Source of the DNA: Zymomonas mobilis subsp. mobilis ATCC 10988
GTDB lineage: Bacteria; Pseudomonadota; Alphaproteobacteria; Sphingomonadales; Sphingomonadaceae
Direction: 5' to 3'
NCBI RefSeq assembly: GCF_000175255.2
Contig: NC_017262.1
Span: 1,140,001-1,172,000 of the forward strand
Length of the DNA stretch: 32,000 nt
The position numbers and the translations under genes are program-made. Below, piece by piece: positions 29,580 through 32,000 of the stretch (positions are counted from its first letter, which is position 1; every line of letters begins with the position of its first letter). The notes below the pieces were generated by a model. The model was not told where the DNA came from. It did no database searches and saw only the letters and a list, made by a program, of their open reading frames with translations.

Positions 29580-30719
29580 TCAGGCTCCTTCGGTAATAGG
29601 CTGTTCGCCCGTTATGTTAAGGCCATATCCAGCCAAGGCTACAGGCATATGGTGGCTGTTCGTCAGAAGAATCATATCTCTGACCCCCAATTCCGCCAGA
29701 ATTTGTGCGCCTATACCATAATCGCGGTGAATCGTTTCCTGATTTCGGCTGGCAGCCCATACAGAGCTTTTATCGGCACTATTTTCCTGTGAACGTTGAA
29801 CAAGAACAACGACACCAGCCCCTTTCTTTGCAATGATTTCCATCGAACGGGATAAAAGCTGCTGCCTAGAGCCTGTTTGACCCAGCATATCCGTAAAAGG
29901 ATCAATGGCGTGCATCCGAACAAGGGTCGGTTCATCAGCTGAAATCTGTCCTTTGACCAAGGCCAAGGATTCGCTGCCGGTCGCTTTGTTTCTGAAACGG
30001 ATGGCTTGCCAATCACCGCCATAAAGGCTGTTGAAAGATTTTTCTTCTATCAACTCGACATTATTATCATGTTCGCGCCGCCATGCGATCAAATCGCGGA
30101 TGGTGCCTATCTTGATATTATGTCTTTGAGCAAAAGTGACCAGATCATCAAGACGAGCCATTGTCCCGTCTTCTTTCATCACTTCACAGATAACACCGGA
30201 AGCATTTAATCCAGCCAAACGTGCAATATCAACAGCGGCTTCCGTATGTCCCGCCCTGACCAGAACGCCGCCCGATTTTGCGGCTAAGGGGAAAACATGA
30301 CCTGGGGTTACGATGTCTTCTGCACCGCGAGAACTGTCGATAGCAACTGCAATGGTTCTTGCCCTGTCGCCAGCAGAAATGCCTGTTGTAACACCTTCTT
30401 TGGCTTCAATCGAAACGGTGAAAGCCGTTTGCAGAGGCGCGTTATTCTCGCGTGACATCGGGGCTAGACCCAAACTAGTTACGCGCTCTTTAGTCATGGC
30501 GAGGCAGACCAATCCTCGTCCATGCGTCGCCATAAAATTGATGGCTGCCGGTGTTGCCATCTGTGCCGGAATAATCAGATCGCCTTCATTTTCACGATCT
30601 TCATCATCAACCAGAATAAATATTCGACCATTCCGTGCTTCTTCGATCAGCTCTTCAACCGAAGATAGAAAAGGATGCCGTTTGGTCGATCCTTTTACAA
30701 TAGGGGTGTTCTTACTCAT
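29580..30719 (-). CDS. ribB: 3,4-dihydroxy-2-butanone 4-phosphate synthase with degenerate GTP cyclohydrolase II-like C-terminal domain
   Basis: [54 protein letters not shown]; the C-terminal half resembles RibA but lacks its Cys and RQEGR motifs. Confidence 0.93.
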   Translation of the reverse strand: MSKNTPIVKGSTKRHPFLSSVEELIEEARNGRIFILVDDEDRENEGDLIIPAQMATPAAINFMATHGRGLVCLAMTKERVTSLGLAPMSRENNAPLQTAFTVSIEAKEGVTTGISAGDRARTIAVAIDSSRGAEDIVTPGHVFPLAAKSGGVLVRAGHTEAAVDIARLAGLNASGVICEVMKEDGTMARLDDLVTFAQRHNIKIGTIRDLIAWRREHDNNVELIEEKSFNSLYGGDWQAIRFRNKATGSESLALVKGQISADEPTLVRMHAIDPFTDMLGQTGSRQQLLSRSMEIIAKKGAGVVVLVQRSQENSADKSSVWAASRNQETIHRDYGIGAQILAELGVRDMILLTNSHHMPVALAGYGLNITGEQPITEGA

Positions 30720-31336
30720 ACCGCGACATTTCCTAAAGCATTCATTCTGGCAAGATAGCGCGAGAGAACATCAATTTCGATATTGACAAAATCACCGGCT
30801 TTCAGATCGCCCAGCGTGGTTTTTTCGGCGGTGTGAGGAATGATGTTGATAGAAAACAGCACTTTGCCATCGACATCTTTAACTTCGTTCACCGTAAGTG
30901 ATACGCCGTCGAGAGAGACTGATCCTTTTTCTGCAATATGCGGGGCGACTTCGGGGCCAGCTTCAATCAGAAAATTATGGGAGTCACCGACCGCCGTAAT
31001 CGAAACAACTTTACCAATGCCATCGACATGACCTGTAACGATATGGCCGCCCAATTCATCGCCTATTTTTAAGGCACGTTCCAGATTAAGTTTTTGGCCT
31101 TTTTCCCAGCGTCCCGGTGCCGTGCGGGAAACAGATTCGCCAGAAACGGTAACCTCAAACCAGTTGCGAGGCGTTGTCCCTTTGTCAACCACGGTCAGAC
31201 AAACACCGGAACAGGCGATAGAGGAACCGGTAGGAACGGTATCCATAGGATATTCTGTTGCAATACGAATGCGGCGATCGCCTTCCTGCGTAACAGAAGT
31301 AATCTCGCCAATATCGGTAACAATGCCGGTGAACAT
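30716..31336 (-). CDS. ribE: Riboflavin synthase, alpha chain
   Basis: MFTGIVTDIGEI; GSSIACSGVCLTVVD; duplicated barrel LGGHIVTGHVDGIG / SVSLDGVSLTVNEV. Confidence 0.96.
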   Translation of the reverse strand: MFTGIVTDIGEITSVTQEGDRRIRIATEYPMDTVPTGSSIACSGVCLTVVDKGTTPRNWFEVTVSGESVSRTAPGRWEKGQKLNLERALKIGDELGGHIVTGHVDGIGKVVSITAVGDSHNFLIEAGPEVAPHIAEKGSVSLDGVSLTVNEVKDVDGKVLFSINIIPHTAEKTTLGDLKAGDFVNIEIDVLSRYLARMNALGNVAV

Positions 31337-31424
31337 GGGGTAAGCTCCGTTCCTGTGAAGGGTAATAAAATTATTTTATATATTGTTTTTTGATAAATTT
31401 ATTTTTTTGTAAATAAGCCCATTT

Positions 31425-32000
31425 TTATATTCGTAAATAGGCTTCCAACTGGTCATTGCCAAGCGTTCTTCTCTCTTTGAGATGCCAACGATGATGCGCT
31501 TCAGATAAATTCGTTAATCCAATATCAGCCAAGGCATGCAAGCCCTTCCCAATAAGAATAGGGGCGCGATAGAGTAATATCCGATCAACCAGATCGGCCT
31601 TTAAAAAAGCCGCGGCTGTTTTTGCCCCGCCTTCAATCAGGACATGATCGGCAGTTGTTTTGATAATATCTGTGGGCTCTCTTAATCCAATCCAGCCGGA
31701 AGGGATTTCTCCATGGCCTAAAACTGCTTTTTTCGGTGAGCGATCGCCTAAACCTTGTAAGCGGACATTGAGAGAGGGCTTGTCAAATTCCAGTGTTTTT
31801 CGACCGACAACAATCAGCTCTGATCGCATTCTTTCCAAATGGGCATGCGCTCTCGCCCTTTCTCCGGTAATCCACTGGCTTTCGCCATTTTCTAACGCGA
31901 TACAACCATCAAGCGAAGTCGCCATCTTTAACGTAACATAAGGCCGAGCTTTCAGTTGACGACTGAAAAAACCAGACATCGATTGCGCCGCCTGCTTCTC
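31425..32000 (-). CDS. ribD: RibD, C-terminal (reductase) part; 5' portion lies outside the window
   Basis: GFFSRQLKARPYVTLKMATSLDGCIALENGESQWITG...HVLIEGGAKTAAAFL. The frame stays open from the Met at 31979 to the window edge (EKQAAQS), so the Met is internal. Confidence 0.9.
   Translation of the reverse strand, partial: EKQAAQSMSGFFSRQLKARPYVTLKMATSLDGCIALENGESQWITGERARAHAHLERMRSELIVVGRKTLEFDKPSLNVRLQGLGDRSPKKAVLGHGEIPSGWIGLREPTDIIKTTADHVLIEGGAKTAAAFLKADLVDRILLYRAPILIGKGLHALADIGLTNLSEAHHRWHLKERRTLGNDQLEAYLRI

Noticed and set aside
31337-31424. Possible FMN riboswitch in the rib cluster
   Set aside because: The gap is A/T-rich and lacks any of the conserved GC-rich FMN aptamer segments; if one exists it would be upstream of ribD, outside the window.

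Overview
This window is an ordinary chromosomal segment of a low-GC alphaproteobacterium. From protein content and gene order it is most likely Zymomonas or another Sphingomonadales member; that is my inference, not a database result. The genes are mostly housekeeping: ATP12, HAD hydrolase, nrdB, a two-SGNH + MBOAT O-acyltransferase cluster, an SleB-like hydrolase, tRNA-Asp(GTC), YfgM-like/BamB/Der, fhs, a stand-alone 2Fe-2S ferredoxin, Lrp/AsnC, proS-lolC-lolD, pyrG, secG, tpiA, ppiD-trpE, LysR, COQ9, and a riboflavin cluster (ribD'-ribE-ribB-ribH). I found no CRISPR array, prophage, transposon or recognisable defence system. The most useful leads are: (1) a strong + strand intrinsic terminator at 19553-19582 that belongs to neither neighbouring (minus-strand) gene and implies an unannotated small transcript; (2) a tandem pair of NrdR-like boxes 31 bp apart upstream of nrdB; (3) a compact SGNH-SGNH-MBOAT-small-membrane-protein cluster, probably for envelope or exopolysaccharide O-acylation; (4) a RibB whose C-terminal GTP cyclohydrolase II-like domain lacks its zinc and catalytic motifs; (5) an orphan phthalate-dioxygenase-reductase-type ferredoxin domain. 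None of these is clearly a new biological system.
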